Assembly: GCA_036172245.1 (NCBI GenBank)
Contig: JAYWIR010000030.1
Location: 372,001-436,000 of the forward strand
Direction of reading: 5' to 3'
Origin: Raillietiella orientalis
Taxonomy: Eukaryota
DNA length: 64,000 nt
This document shows positions 41,547 to 52,942 of this stretch, one piece after another. A program made the position numbers and the translations under genes. Each line of letters opens with the position of its first letter. Position 1 is the stretch's first letter. The notes below the pieces were generated by a model. The model was not told where the DNA came from. It saw nothing but the letters and a program-made list of their open reading frames with translations, and did no database searches.

Positions 41547-42709
41547 ATGGCTGGAATCAAAGGTATGGTAAATGGGATTTCTAAATATTCTCAAACGAAA
41601 TTGCTAGAAAACCATGTAGCAAACCATCATGCTAGTTCGGTTCTCCGCGAGATTTATTATGTTGGGCGTTTAACCGGCGGTCATTATACGCAGATACAGT
41701 ATTCCAATGACTCAGTGGTGTTTCTAGGGTTTAGGCACGTCACTTTGTCCTTTTCCTACTTGGAAACTATATGTCAGATACATGGTGTATCAAGCCACTT
41801 GTGTGGTTTCGTTAGCTCATTAAATTTAAGTTTGTTTTAATGTAGTCGGATTCGTTTGTACTCCAGTTATCTGCGTTTCCGTTGTTTTTAAATGTTTTTC
41901 TCCTTATTTTCATGTGCTTCTTCCACGACATGCCATTGCTGATGATCAGTGTAAGTTTTTGAGATTTGTTTTTTTTTAAAGACCCAACTTGTGATTTCTA
42001 GATTGTTGAATTTAGCATTCTCAGGATCAATTGCTATGACCCTGTTGGTTTTAGGGTGCGCACTACCAAGATACAAGTAAGCAGCTGATTTTGTATACCC
42101 AAATTTAAAGTGTTACCTGGTTATGTTCTTTGCATTTTTGAGATTGTCATTTTAGTAATTGGTGGCCCTTTTTCTTGCTCTTGTTTTACATTTTAACCCC
42201 AGTTCCATTGTTCCTCTCAAAGAAATATAGTGATGAAACTGCCCCAAATCGTCATTGTCAAGAATTTGCATTGTTTATGACTACTGGAATTATCGTTTCA
42301 TCGTTTTGTTTGCCAGTAGTGTTAGCAAGAGCACCGTTGTCTGCACCAACTGTAAGCATTCCTTTTTCATGTATTCACCCTTTTCTTACTGTCTTTCTAA
42401 ATACTTGTCTTGAGTTCGAATTACTGTGTCCAATTCTTCACTAATGTTGAAGCCTGATTTGCTAATTTATTTTCGATTTACAGTGGTAATAAATTTATTT
42501 ATTTATATTGTTTGGCTTTTCAATTATTATAGTAGATTATAAAACAATAAAAACTTGATTGTTATCATCTTCATTACCAAGTATTTGTATTGTAGATTCA
42601 GTGGGGAGCTTGTGGATTAGCTCTTGCAGGAAATGTTCTTATGTTTTTCACAATCCTTGGATTTTTCATTGCATTCAAGGATGATGACACGTATAATACC
42701 ATGTGGTAG
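41547..42709 (+). CDS. LEPROT: Vps55 / leptin receptor gene-related protein (endospanin family), 4 exons
   Basis: Exons 41547-41562, ~42002-42076, 42156-42351, 42596-42709 give MAGIK.LLNLAFSGSIAMTLLVLGCALPRYNNWWPFFLLLFYILTPVP...FMTTGIIVSSFCLPVVLARAP...IQWGACGLALAGN...DDDTYNTMW*. The exon 1-2 junction is 1 nt out of frame as assembled (see findings). Confidence 0.93.
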
Positions 42710-44699
42710 TGACTGAATGGTCAAATCTTAAAATGAGGCATTTCATTCTGAAGATGCAAAAGTACTATTTCCATATTATCTTTACATTCTTATTTGATGA
42801 TCACAAAACTTGTTTGATCGTGAAGGCTTATGTAGATAAAACTGTTCAATAATAAAAAAAACATAGTAGCACTGATGAGAGTGATCTACATACAAAGAAA
42901 CATTTTGTCATATCAGTAAATACAGTTTTAATGAACTTGGCCATATTTGGACTTTGAACTGTGTGGATATGAAAAGTTATGTGCATTATATACTCTCTTG
43001 TGAAGATTTCATGACTGCATGTTGGTTTTAATTAATTTGTAACTTAAGAATTCTAGATACTCAACAATGTATGTGTAAAATTGTAAAGAAAATTATTTGG
43101 TAGAAGTATGCTAACTGGAATAAAATTTATGTTTGTATTTATGTGTGCAGTTTATTTAATAGAATTCAGTTTGCATTAGAATTCTCCTTGAAAATAGGAG
43201 CAGGCATGCACATGGAACTGTATGTTTCACTTCTTTGGAATTGAGGATGTTCAAATTACCACAATATAAAGAAAGCACAATTCTCCATAACAGAATGGAC
43301 TCATAAATGATGTGATCTCAGATAACTTCACTTCAGATAATTTCATTAAAACTAGCATATACAAATAACCATTAGGATTCTCAGAATATCTTGTGAGCTT
43401 TCAGTGTAACTTGAGCTCTAATACAAATCCACATAAGTTTTCTCTTTCAAGATGAATTCAAGTCAGATCTTGTATTTATTTTTGTTTTTAACACCTTGTG
43501 GGCAGCTTTAAAGGTTAATAATGAAAGGAATTCATGCAAGGAATAAATGAGAATTGAAAGATTCTCAATTTTCATCATTGCTGATCATATGTATAAAGCC
43601 TCAAAATAAAATTATATCAACTGTTCATATACTGAATACTTGACAAGCCTAATGAGCAGGTTACCTGTGTGTTTCACTATAATTATGCACATGGAACATT
43701 TCAGGTACATAAATTATAAAGTGTAACTGGTTATAAATGTATGTATGAGAAAAGCAAAGAAGCTTTTCATCATCATAAGTTGCATGTTCATTAAAGAAAT
43801 ATATTGCAGGCCACAGTTTAATTCATAAGAAATGCTAATCTCTTAGGACTTGATATTTCAAAGTATGAAATGCACTGCATTGTATTGTATGAATGCCCTC
43901 TAATTCAACTGTTCCAGCTATTACATGAGTTATCTTACTTGAGTTCTCAGTGCTGAAAACTCAAGTGTGAACTCAAAGGAATGGAACGAATAAGACATAA
44001 AAATATGTTTCTTTTATTACACAACACATGTTCATAAAACAGTAAATAAAACAACTGTAGAGAAAAAGCCACGGCACTCTAAATATAACCTTATTAATAA
44101 GTTTTCTCAACCACAAGAAATTTTCACATTTATTGATTTTTGTCATTGACAATTTGTTTTTCTCAAGTTGACTATGTACATCATCTATATCCAAGTATAA
44201 AAAAATTCATATTTGGTATAGTTGCACACTATTGAGATACAAGCAAGCAGCTGATTTTGTACACCCAAACTTGCTCTTTTTTTATTCCTTACAAATAGAA
44301 TTCTCATAAAATTTTATATAGTTGCAAGAATATTTAATAAGACAAAAGTGAATTTAAATTTCTGACAGGTTTTCCAAAATTGTTAGCTGAACGAACTGAA
44401 TGTAGTCCCAAGTGGATTGTGGACTTACCAATTAATTAACTGAGCTGAAAATTTGAAGGAGCTCCCTCTGGTTGTATCTAGAATGGAGTATGAATCTGCA
44501 GTTTCATCTTAATATCCCTAAATACTCAAAACTTGTTTGCAAATGCTCCCGTGAGTTTTTGACATTCCTTACCATATTGCACACTTCCCTGCTTCACCTG
44601 CACACTAGATGTTCAATACACCATTTAGTGTGAACTATGGAAAGATAAATATGGTTGTCATGTTAAAGTCACTGTTGCTGGTTCTCTGAGAATTTGAGT

Positions 44700-45300
44700 T
44701 TTGTTTGAAGGCTAGCCAGCAACTGCTTAACCAAACAGGTCCCTGAAGTTTCTATGCTATTTTATGAAATGGCAATGATGTCTAAGAAATTCTGAATCAC
44801 AAAGTTATTCATTTCAAAGACCAGAGCACCTTTCACAACCATAATATAATTCAATCTTTTTTTCAGTAACCAGAAACAACATAACCTTTATTGGGCTGCC
44901 TAACATAACCACTCACACCCTGTCTCTGCTGAAAATTGCCTAAATGGACAACAGTGAAAACTGCTATTTTTAGTGAAATCTATGCATTTTCAGACATTAG
45001 CACCTTAATGGTTGAGCACTGAAGACAAATCTGTAATCCACATATGATACGCTGGCAGAACACCCAACTTTGCAAATACTATACTACTGACAAAGCTCTA
45101 TCTCTATAGCTACACCCATAAGTTTTTCAAGTGAGCAGGCTGAGTTGTAGTAATATGTGATTCACTTCCTTGAATAAGTCATGGCTGTATCTTGAATTGG
45201 AAGTTGTTCGTGTACATCCTCAGAAAGATTTGTTCCTTGCTTCATTCCTGATACAAATTGGAAATGAGCTGTATTTGTGATATCCTTTGTCTAATCAGGT
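44700..45300 (-). mobile_element. Possible decayed LINE RNase H fragment
   Basis: Weak ordered resemblances on the minus strand: YTNN (YTDGS), SIFAK (SVF.AE), ITDLSSVL (SDS.SAL). Confidence 0.25.
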
Positions 45301-46638
45301 GTCAAAGAGAAGGAAAATATTTGCATTTCTCAAATGTGGATTTGTATTGTCATCTTTTCAGTTTTTCTGGATACAATTCTGGAAAAAATGCAAACGTTTT
45401 CGAATAATTTAAGTCTACCCAGGCTTAAATGGCTGTTACAAGGCATTCTTTCACAAACTCGCCTTCCGAGTGTGCTTCGCGACATTCAGCCATCCACTCA
45501 CTGATTTCAATTGCTTGTATACACAGCAGTGTGGTTTTCAACCACAACTACAATGGTTACCTCGACTCCTGTTGCTTTGCAGAATTCGTTTCGTTTACGT
45601 ATTTGAGTAGTAGTTTGGAACCAGCTGTGTTTCGTGGTCAAATGGCTCTCCACGTTACATTTTCTGCTGGCTTGAACAAACTCGGAGCAAACTTAGCATA
45701 AGGCTTTCCCATTTATTTACATAAAAAAAATTCCGGGTTCAAGAACTGAACTTCCGATGCTCGCTGCGCAAACTCCTTTGCCTTCCTTCACGAATATGCT
45801 GCTTCGGCTTTTTGATCGGTTATACAGATTTGAAATAAAATCGAAATCCCAAAACACAAAAGCTTACGAAACACACGCATTTAAGAACTGCGCCAAGAAC
45901 TTGTTTCCCAGCAAATTGCAGGCTGCTTTGTCGGGGCACGGAATTCCCCCTTGCCTTCCGTCGCCACTCCATTACCAGTCACCAGCTGCTATTTGGCTAC
46001 TCGGCGGATGGATATAAATGGTAATGTTAGTGATAAACAAACGGAAAGTTTTTTCCCAACGGCCACAGTCACTTATTACGAATGTATCTTCTAAAGGGCG
46101 ATGGCGGAAAGGGTTATTCATGGTGAACTTTCATTACTTACTTTTAGATGTGCCAATTTATACATCAATACGCTTCATGGTGAGGAAGTTGATTACGATT
46201 TCAGAAACCTCTCAAGAACTACACAAAAGAACAGAGTAGATTCTTCACCCCGGATTTAAAAGACAGCTTTACTTGTCTCATGAGCAAATTTTTTTTACTT
46301 TCATTGCTCAATGCTGACTGAGAGTATTACTGCACCCCGGGACGTCCTTGAATTAATTCACATGAGAAAGTGAACGATGGATGAAATTCCTCGTGGAATT
46401 TCATTCACCTGCTTATTCCACTATCATCTATTCTAGTGCTTAAATACATCCTCAAAAGTTCATCACTGAAGGCATCGGAAATTGCTAAAATTTAGCTGAA
46501 CCCATTTTTAATTAGTATTACTAATTTAAAAACATTCGAAATTATTTCAACAGTGATACATATGTTATAGAGATTTTGTATCAGAAACAGACACATCTCC
46601 AGAACTTCATCTCCAGAAGACAGAACTTCAACTCTTAA

Positions 46639-47550
46639 CGCTTTGCACTCCAAGCGTTTGTTGACACGACCGACCGGCAACTCCAGCACACCTTCGCAAT
46701 CAAAAATTTGAAAAGTAATGGCTTTGCTTTGATAAGGAAAAAATTATAAATGACCATTCGTCAGGTGTTTCGCTGAGATGATTCTTTTTGCAAAGCTGTT
46801 GGTTTTTTCTTCGATGATCCCCTTGACAAACTCTTCCGTGAATAACAACCAGAAATATTCTATTGATTCCACAATGTTATATGCAATCTGTGGTCCAGTG
46901 ACCCTGGGCGGTACTGTAAAATCAATCCTTTTTGGAATACTTTTGCTATCCGTTGTATCGATCCATTCATTTTCTTCTCCAAAAGAGTTTTCACTCTCAA
47001 TAATTCCGAGTCTTTGTCGCCGTTTCACAATAATTTCGCTATAACTAGAACGAATTCCAGAATCATCATCACTTGCACTATCTTCAGATGCAATATCAGT
47101 TAAATTGTCATCAACTGGCTGTAAATGAAGCTCTTCACTTTCACTCAATTCAAAATTTTCATAATCCCTTTCCTCTTTAACCATCTTTACTATAAACTTG
47201 CGTTGCAACTGCCTGATGGCAGTTGGAGAGCAACTTTTATAGAAAAGTCGAGGTATTGTTCGAAAAAAAAAAAAAAAAACTTTTTAAGAAATTATGGTTG
47301 CAACTTTACACTGTGTAATGCTTGCAGAGCAGTGATCTGTAACAGGAAACTGTGAACGACCATGGCGCTTGTTTGCATTCACTTTGCATGCCCACGAGCG
47401 GGTTGCACATTTTGTTCTGCAATGTAAAGAATACAAAACTCTGGTCCCCATTCTAATGCATCAACACAATGCATGTCCCCTCAGCGGAGCCAGTGGATCT
47501 GTGGTGCCATTTTGAATGTTCCCTCAGAGGGGCCATTGGAGTGCAAAGGG
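46639..47550 (-). mobile_element. Internally deleted piggyBac-like DNA transposon
   Basis: Ends TTAA|CGCTTTGCACTCCAA (46639) and TTGGAGTGCAAAGGG|TTAC (47550) are inverted repeats with TTAA-type flanks. ORF 46744-47208 (-) has an acidic N-terminus, then FTVPPRVTGP..SIEYFWLLFTEEFVKGIIEEKTNSFA, typical of the start of piggyBac/PGBD transposases. Confidence 0.88.
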
Positions 47551-49117
47551 TTACACTTCCGTTTTCTCTTTTTACTTGTTCTTGTTTGATAATCAGATAT
47601 TGGTTGTATTAGTTATCAGCTAAAAACTTTACTCGGGAAAAACCCCAGATCTCATAATCTGTGCTCATTAGCCGCAATTTTGAAGCGATTCTATGGGACA
47701 TCTTAGTCCTTTCAATAAAAATCAGTTTAAAAGTGTCCTTAACCAGTACGAAAACTTTATCTTGTAAACTGACCTCATTTTCATTAGTGCTAAAAAGGAA
47801 ATTGGGAAAATTCTTGTGGCGAATCAAAATCATGATTGCTTTCTTTGTATCCTTCACCGTTTTAAAAACTAAAACAATTTTTTTCTTAATTTGATTAATA
47901 AGGACAAACTCTGTGTCAGGTACAGAACGATTGCTATTTGGCTATCCGTATCCGGCTTTCATGTCATGGCACGTGCAAAATTAGGAAAACCTCGGAAAAA
48001 ATGTGAGCATAATTCATTCAGATAATTCAAAGAATGTACTTTCATATCCTTTACAAAGTGTGCTTTTAGATTTTCCGATGAAAATTTTCAGGTTTTCTCG
48101 AATTAATAATTCTCAGCATCGGCATTCATGAATGGAATTTTCATTCCCATTTTGCATCGAAATGTGTTCATCTATTCACGTGAGAATCTAGCTGAATTGG
48201 CACAAAGCTATAACCAAAACTGTTTAGTCAACCGATGTGAAATAAGAAAAGGATGCGAGTGCAGCGCATTTGTTGCCCAAGAAATGTAATGATGCATCCT
48301 CAACATCAGTTCAAAAGGGTATAATAATGAGTAGTGAATCTTTTTCCAACAAACCAGAATTTTTTCAACTACCCGTCTCTCATCTCCGATGATGCAATCA
48401 CAGAGTTGACTAACATTCCAAGAATGGTGTAAAGTTACTACCAAACACGCCGGTTGATATTTAGTTACATGTTATCCCTGTAACAATCTTCTTATTCCGG
48501 TGCTTTTTTTCAGCAAATTAGAATAAAATCGATATGTAAGGCCGCTTGCTTGCTTTAGTTTTTTGATTACTGTCATAGTCATAGTGAAAACTAGATACTA
48601 AGTATCTATGGCAGCACTACGGAATGATGTATATTCTCAACATACATATAATGATTATGTATCTAATCATTGCATATATATTGAGACTAGCATGTGTCAT
48701 ATAAACATGTGTGATTAAACGGCATCTAACGATATATGTTACGTGTGTATGCTACTAAACAGGCTATTATGCAAGAAACAGTGGAATTAATTTTTATATA
48801 ATTTTGCCAATTTAAATCGAAATATCCCTAAGAAAGACTCATGAGATGAAGTTCAACTCATAGAACTATTTCCAAAATGGTTCCAGGTGCAGAAAAGGAG
48901 ACATTAGAGAATATGTGAGCAAGAGTTTCTTGTGGTTAGGGCGAAGAATTTCCATGATTCCCCGATCCTTCTGCAAACAAACCACGAAAAGTCGCATTTA
49001 ATGGTTTGCAGTTGGTACAAAAGCATATCAGTAACACGCTTTGCTGTTACTATCTGATTCTTCCATCTCAGGTATCAGTTCAGTAAATTATATAGGGACA
49101 ACAATGAATGGAATGTG

Positions 49118-49709
49118 GGCATCAAAGTTATGTTTAATGCCATCATTTAGCCTCGCGAAAAGGTTTTAAAAATGGGCGTGGATGCTTTAATAACAGAAGG
49201 GATGGAAGCAGTTGGACGTAAAGGTCCAGTTGGCACTTCTGTTCTCGCACAAGAGATACCACCTTATTTAAAAAACGAACAAACGCCAATGCCTGTTACA
49301 GGTGAAATAGGTAGGAGTGATATGATAGCTAATTACCTAGAAATGGGAGCAAGTGGTTGCCAAACAGGCACATTATTCGTCTACGCGAATGAATCACTAC
49401 CTACAAAAATTTTGAGAAAACATTTCTTAAATCAGCTGCACGTAATGGAGTAACTACTGTACAGTAGGTATTCTGATTTTCCTGTAATTACAATGAGAGA
49501 TGTAGCTGAGAAATCAAGCGATGACTTTGTGAAACGTCAAAAAGACGTCATTGATTAATGCCACAAAGACACATCTCAAAAAAAGAAGAATAAGCAGCTT
49601 CAGATAGAAAAGTTCGGGATTGAGGCTTTGAAAAGAGCAGTTATTAAACGTAGGAACGGGATCTTTGATGGCCAGTCAAAGTTTCAGCATGGTTGATAAG
49701 GAAAAGCCA
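49118..49709 (+). pseudogene. Bacterial-type nitronate monooxygenase / FabK-like enoyl-ACP reductase pseudogene fragment (Rickettsiales/Wolbachia-like)
   Basis: Intronless and frameshifted: GIKVM..PSFSLAKR / MGVDALITEGMEAVGRKGPVGTSVLAQEIPPYL..GEIGRSDMIANYLEMGASGCQTGTLFVYANES / KNFEKTFLKSAARNGVTTVQ / SDFPVITMRDVAEKSSDDFVKRQKDVID*..QLQIEKFGIEALKRAVI / TGSLMASQSFSMVDKEKP. Confidence 0.88.
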
Positions 49710-51835
49710 GGTCAAAATGACCTATTCAGTCAATCCATTGATTGACTGTTGAACGAAGTTGCATCTCTGAACATGGTCCTCATTCACCATCTCTGTTTGA
49801 TGGAATTGGCACAAGAATAATTGAATGAACACTTCGTTACTTGATCACTGAAAGCCCTGGAGTAAACTTTGCACAACACTAAAGGGCTGAAAATGAAATG
49901 CCAAAATGTACTGTGGTTTCAATTCTTATATAAAGTTCCAACCGTAGAATAGAACTCCTTATTTTAGATTGTGCAAAGCTAGCTCTAGAGCCAGAATATT
50001 TGTGCAATTCATGGAAAAACTACATGTGTTGTGATGCAGTGATTATACGACGCACTGAAAACGTGGAAGAGCTTGATTTTTTACAGTTGCTTGAATGTCA
50101 GATATGTACCGATTTCAAGTAATTGATCTTCCTTAAGATCAGATATGCTTCAACAGTTTAGAAAAATCAGGGATCAGGAAAACATTCGAAGAGAGCTGAA
50201 AACCACGGAAATGTAGTTGTATTGTGTAAGCATGAGGCGCATATTGACGAAATTCCATGCCTCGAAATTTTTGAATCACAGCATGCTGTACTGCTGTCTA
50301 CAAGAATTGTTAAAGAAGAGTTTTGATCTCCAGCTTGAACTAAGTGATCTGCAAAGAGTGTGCAGAGAATTATTATATTGAGGGATCTGAAGGGAAACTC
50401 GGAAACACAGGTGGATCTACTTCTCGCTACAATCACTATTACTGGTAGAACTGGCATTCGAAAGTTTGCAGAAGATTTCGATCGAAAGAAAGACAAATTA
50501 TTCAGAATATCCTTAAATATCGGCAAACAAAAGTGTCGATTGCATTTCCATTTTATCAAAAATTGACCTATGCACTAAAATATCACATTTGAGAAGACTG
50601 AGAGAGGATTCTCTTAAAACGAACTTAATTATCATGACACTCACTGTCTGCATCTGGGTGCATTGGTAATGTTTGTAAGAAGGATGGTTTCCACTCGATT
50701 TGATGTGATACCATGGTACATTAGGCATAAAAAACGACAAACTGGCCATAGCTAGTGTAGAACTCCACAGTAGGTTCCAGTATACAAAATTTGAACTAAT
50801 AATTCAACAAGCACAAAAATCCCCCTTTTTCAAACACTGAAACATCATGACTTTCCCTTTAATGGCAGGCTTTAGTACGTACGAGATGCGTGCGAGTGGA
50901 GTTTTCTTGATACATAGTAGACTCAAGTATTTATTTTATCCACATTTGTGATGGGCTGCACACTTTGAGTTTCTTGTGTTGGGATCAGAGAATGGATTTT
51001 CTTTTTATTTGACTAAGGGCAATATTGATTTTGAAGAAAGAAAAACTGAAATATGTACACTATTATTCACAATCGAAAGTGTTTATGATTTTGGAAACAT
51101 TCATCGCATTGAAGAAAAGCCATGAATTTGAGAGCAAAGCAGTAAAAAAGTTAACCCTTTAATGCATTAAGTGATCAACAAGTATAGGAATAATTAGCAT
51201 GAGGAGGTAGAGCATGCTTAAAATAATCTAATTTAAATGATTTCGATGCTTTGAAGAAAAAAAGATTTATATAGGGAAAACAAAAGCACAAACCTTAATA
51301 AGTAGAGGTCAAATAGTGCGGATACTTACGCAGGATATCCGTCTTGCTGACTTCATAATGTTGAATTGAGCAAACTTTAAAATTCTTGAACAGACGGAGA
51401 AAAAAATTAATTACACTGATCTGTAGTGCAACCACGTAATTCAAAATGAAAATTATTTCAACAATGCTTCCTGCTTTGTACATCCGTAGTTCCGAGATTA
51501 CTATCAAAATACTACTCCAGTATCTATCTGTACAAATGCACGAATGCAGTGCATTGCTATTACTCATTGCACCTATCCATCCAAAACCATTATGTTCGTC
51601 AATCCCTTAAGCACGACGAATTTCTGCAGTGGAAAATAACACAGAACACAGCGTGGAGTCGATCGAGTTAATTGCATGGTGAAAAAAAAGAAAGAAAGAA
51701 AAAAAAAAAGGTACTTCTGCAGAAATTCCGTGTTTTCGCTGCTGGACGTGTGCAAGCCAAGGGTTGCACAAACACGGGAGGAAGGTACTGCTTCGAGCTA
51801 CGCTGTGCCCGGTGCTCCCTACGAGTCGGCTGGTG

Positions 51836-51905
51836 TTTTTTTTGTTTGTGTTTTCCTTTCTTTTGTTTGTGTTTTCCTTTCTTTTGTTTGTGTGTGTGTG
51901 TGCGT
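51836..51905. repeat. 21-bp tandem repeat plus (TG)n
   Basis: (TTTTGTTTGTGTTTTCCTTTC) about 2.5 copies, running into TGTGTGTG. Confidence 0.9.
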
Positions 51906-52942
51906 GCCGTGAAAGTCTTAGCGCTGGTGTAAACTTGGGTCATTGATGGGAGAAACCACCTAATGGTGTGGGTGCGCGTGGTCACACACCAAAGTGCTTG
52001 AAACTTTTTGTTGCAGCTCTGCAACCTTGCTCGAAATCCACCTTTCTGGTCCATGCAGCAGTAGTGTATCATCGTGACGATGGGATTGCGTTTGGACCAA
52101 AGGAATTAGGCACACGAGTTTGCATCGAGAATTCGAGTTTTGCTTTTGTGTGCTGCTGCACCCTGCTTGCACCACTTCCTGAAAATACAGCGCTACATCG
52201 AAATGGGGTGAAGGGTGCATATGGAAATATGCAAACCACAGTGTCAGAAATACTTGATAATGTAAATAGAGGAAGCACGGATAGTTGCCGTGGTAAGATT
52301 GCAAATTGTTATTGTGATAACGGTTTGGAAATTTTCTGTTTTTTGTTCCATGCCCGTCATCACGTTGTTATGTCAAGTGGAAAACCCTACTTTGAATTGA
52401 ATAACCATTAGAAATTGTTAATGTATTAGCTGCGTACAATGAAAATAGTAGTTATTGGATTTCATTCCATATTTCGTGTTTATTGCATCAAGTATGGGTT
52501 CCTTGGTGCATTGTGTTGACTTTTTAAAAATCATGTTTGAATATGTTAGAAACTGTTGTAGAGCTTAGCATATTTGCTTTCAAGAGCGCAATGGCGTAAA
52601 GAAACCTGCTTCATTTAGCATGCTGTCAGATGCTATGTGATGGGCTGATTATTTTGTATGTTGTTTGTGTCAATAAAATATGCTAAGCAACATCATTGCT
52701 ATTTGATATATTCAGGAGCATAATCCTAATAACTAAAATAACTGTGTCAGCTTAATTTTCAAATTTTATCATTATCCCCTTGTTTTAGCTACCCAGATTT
52801 GTGATGATATGCAAGACAGACAATTTTTAAATAGCTCATTGTTAAGAGCCTCTAATTCTAATCAAAAAAGGCTTTATGATGAATGTATGAAAACATATAT
52901 ATATATATCTGTAGAAAATTGTGAATGCTAATTTGATTTTAG

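Noticed and set aside
51152..51170. TTAACCCTTT piggyBac-like end
   Set aside because: No matching opposite end or transposase remnant found.
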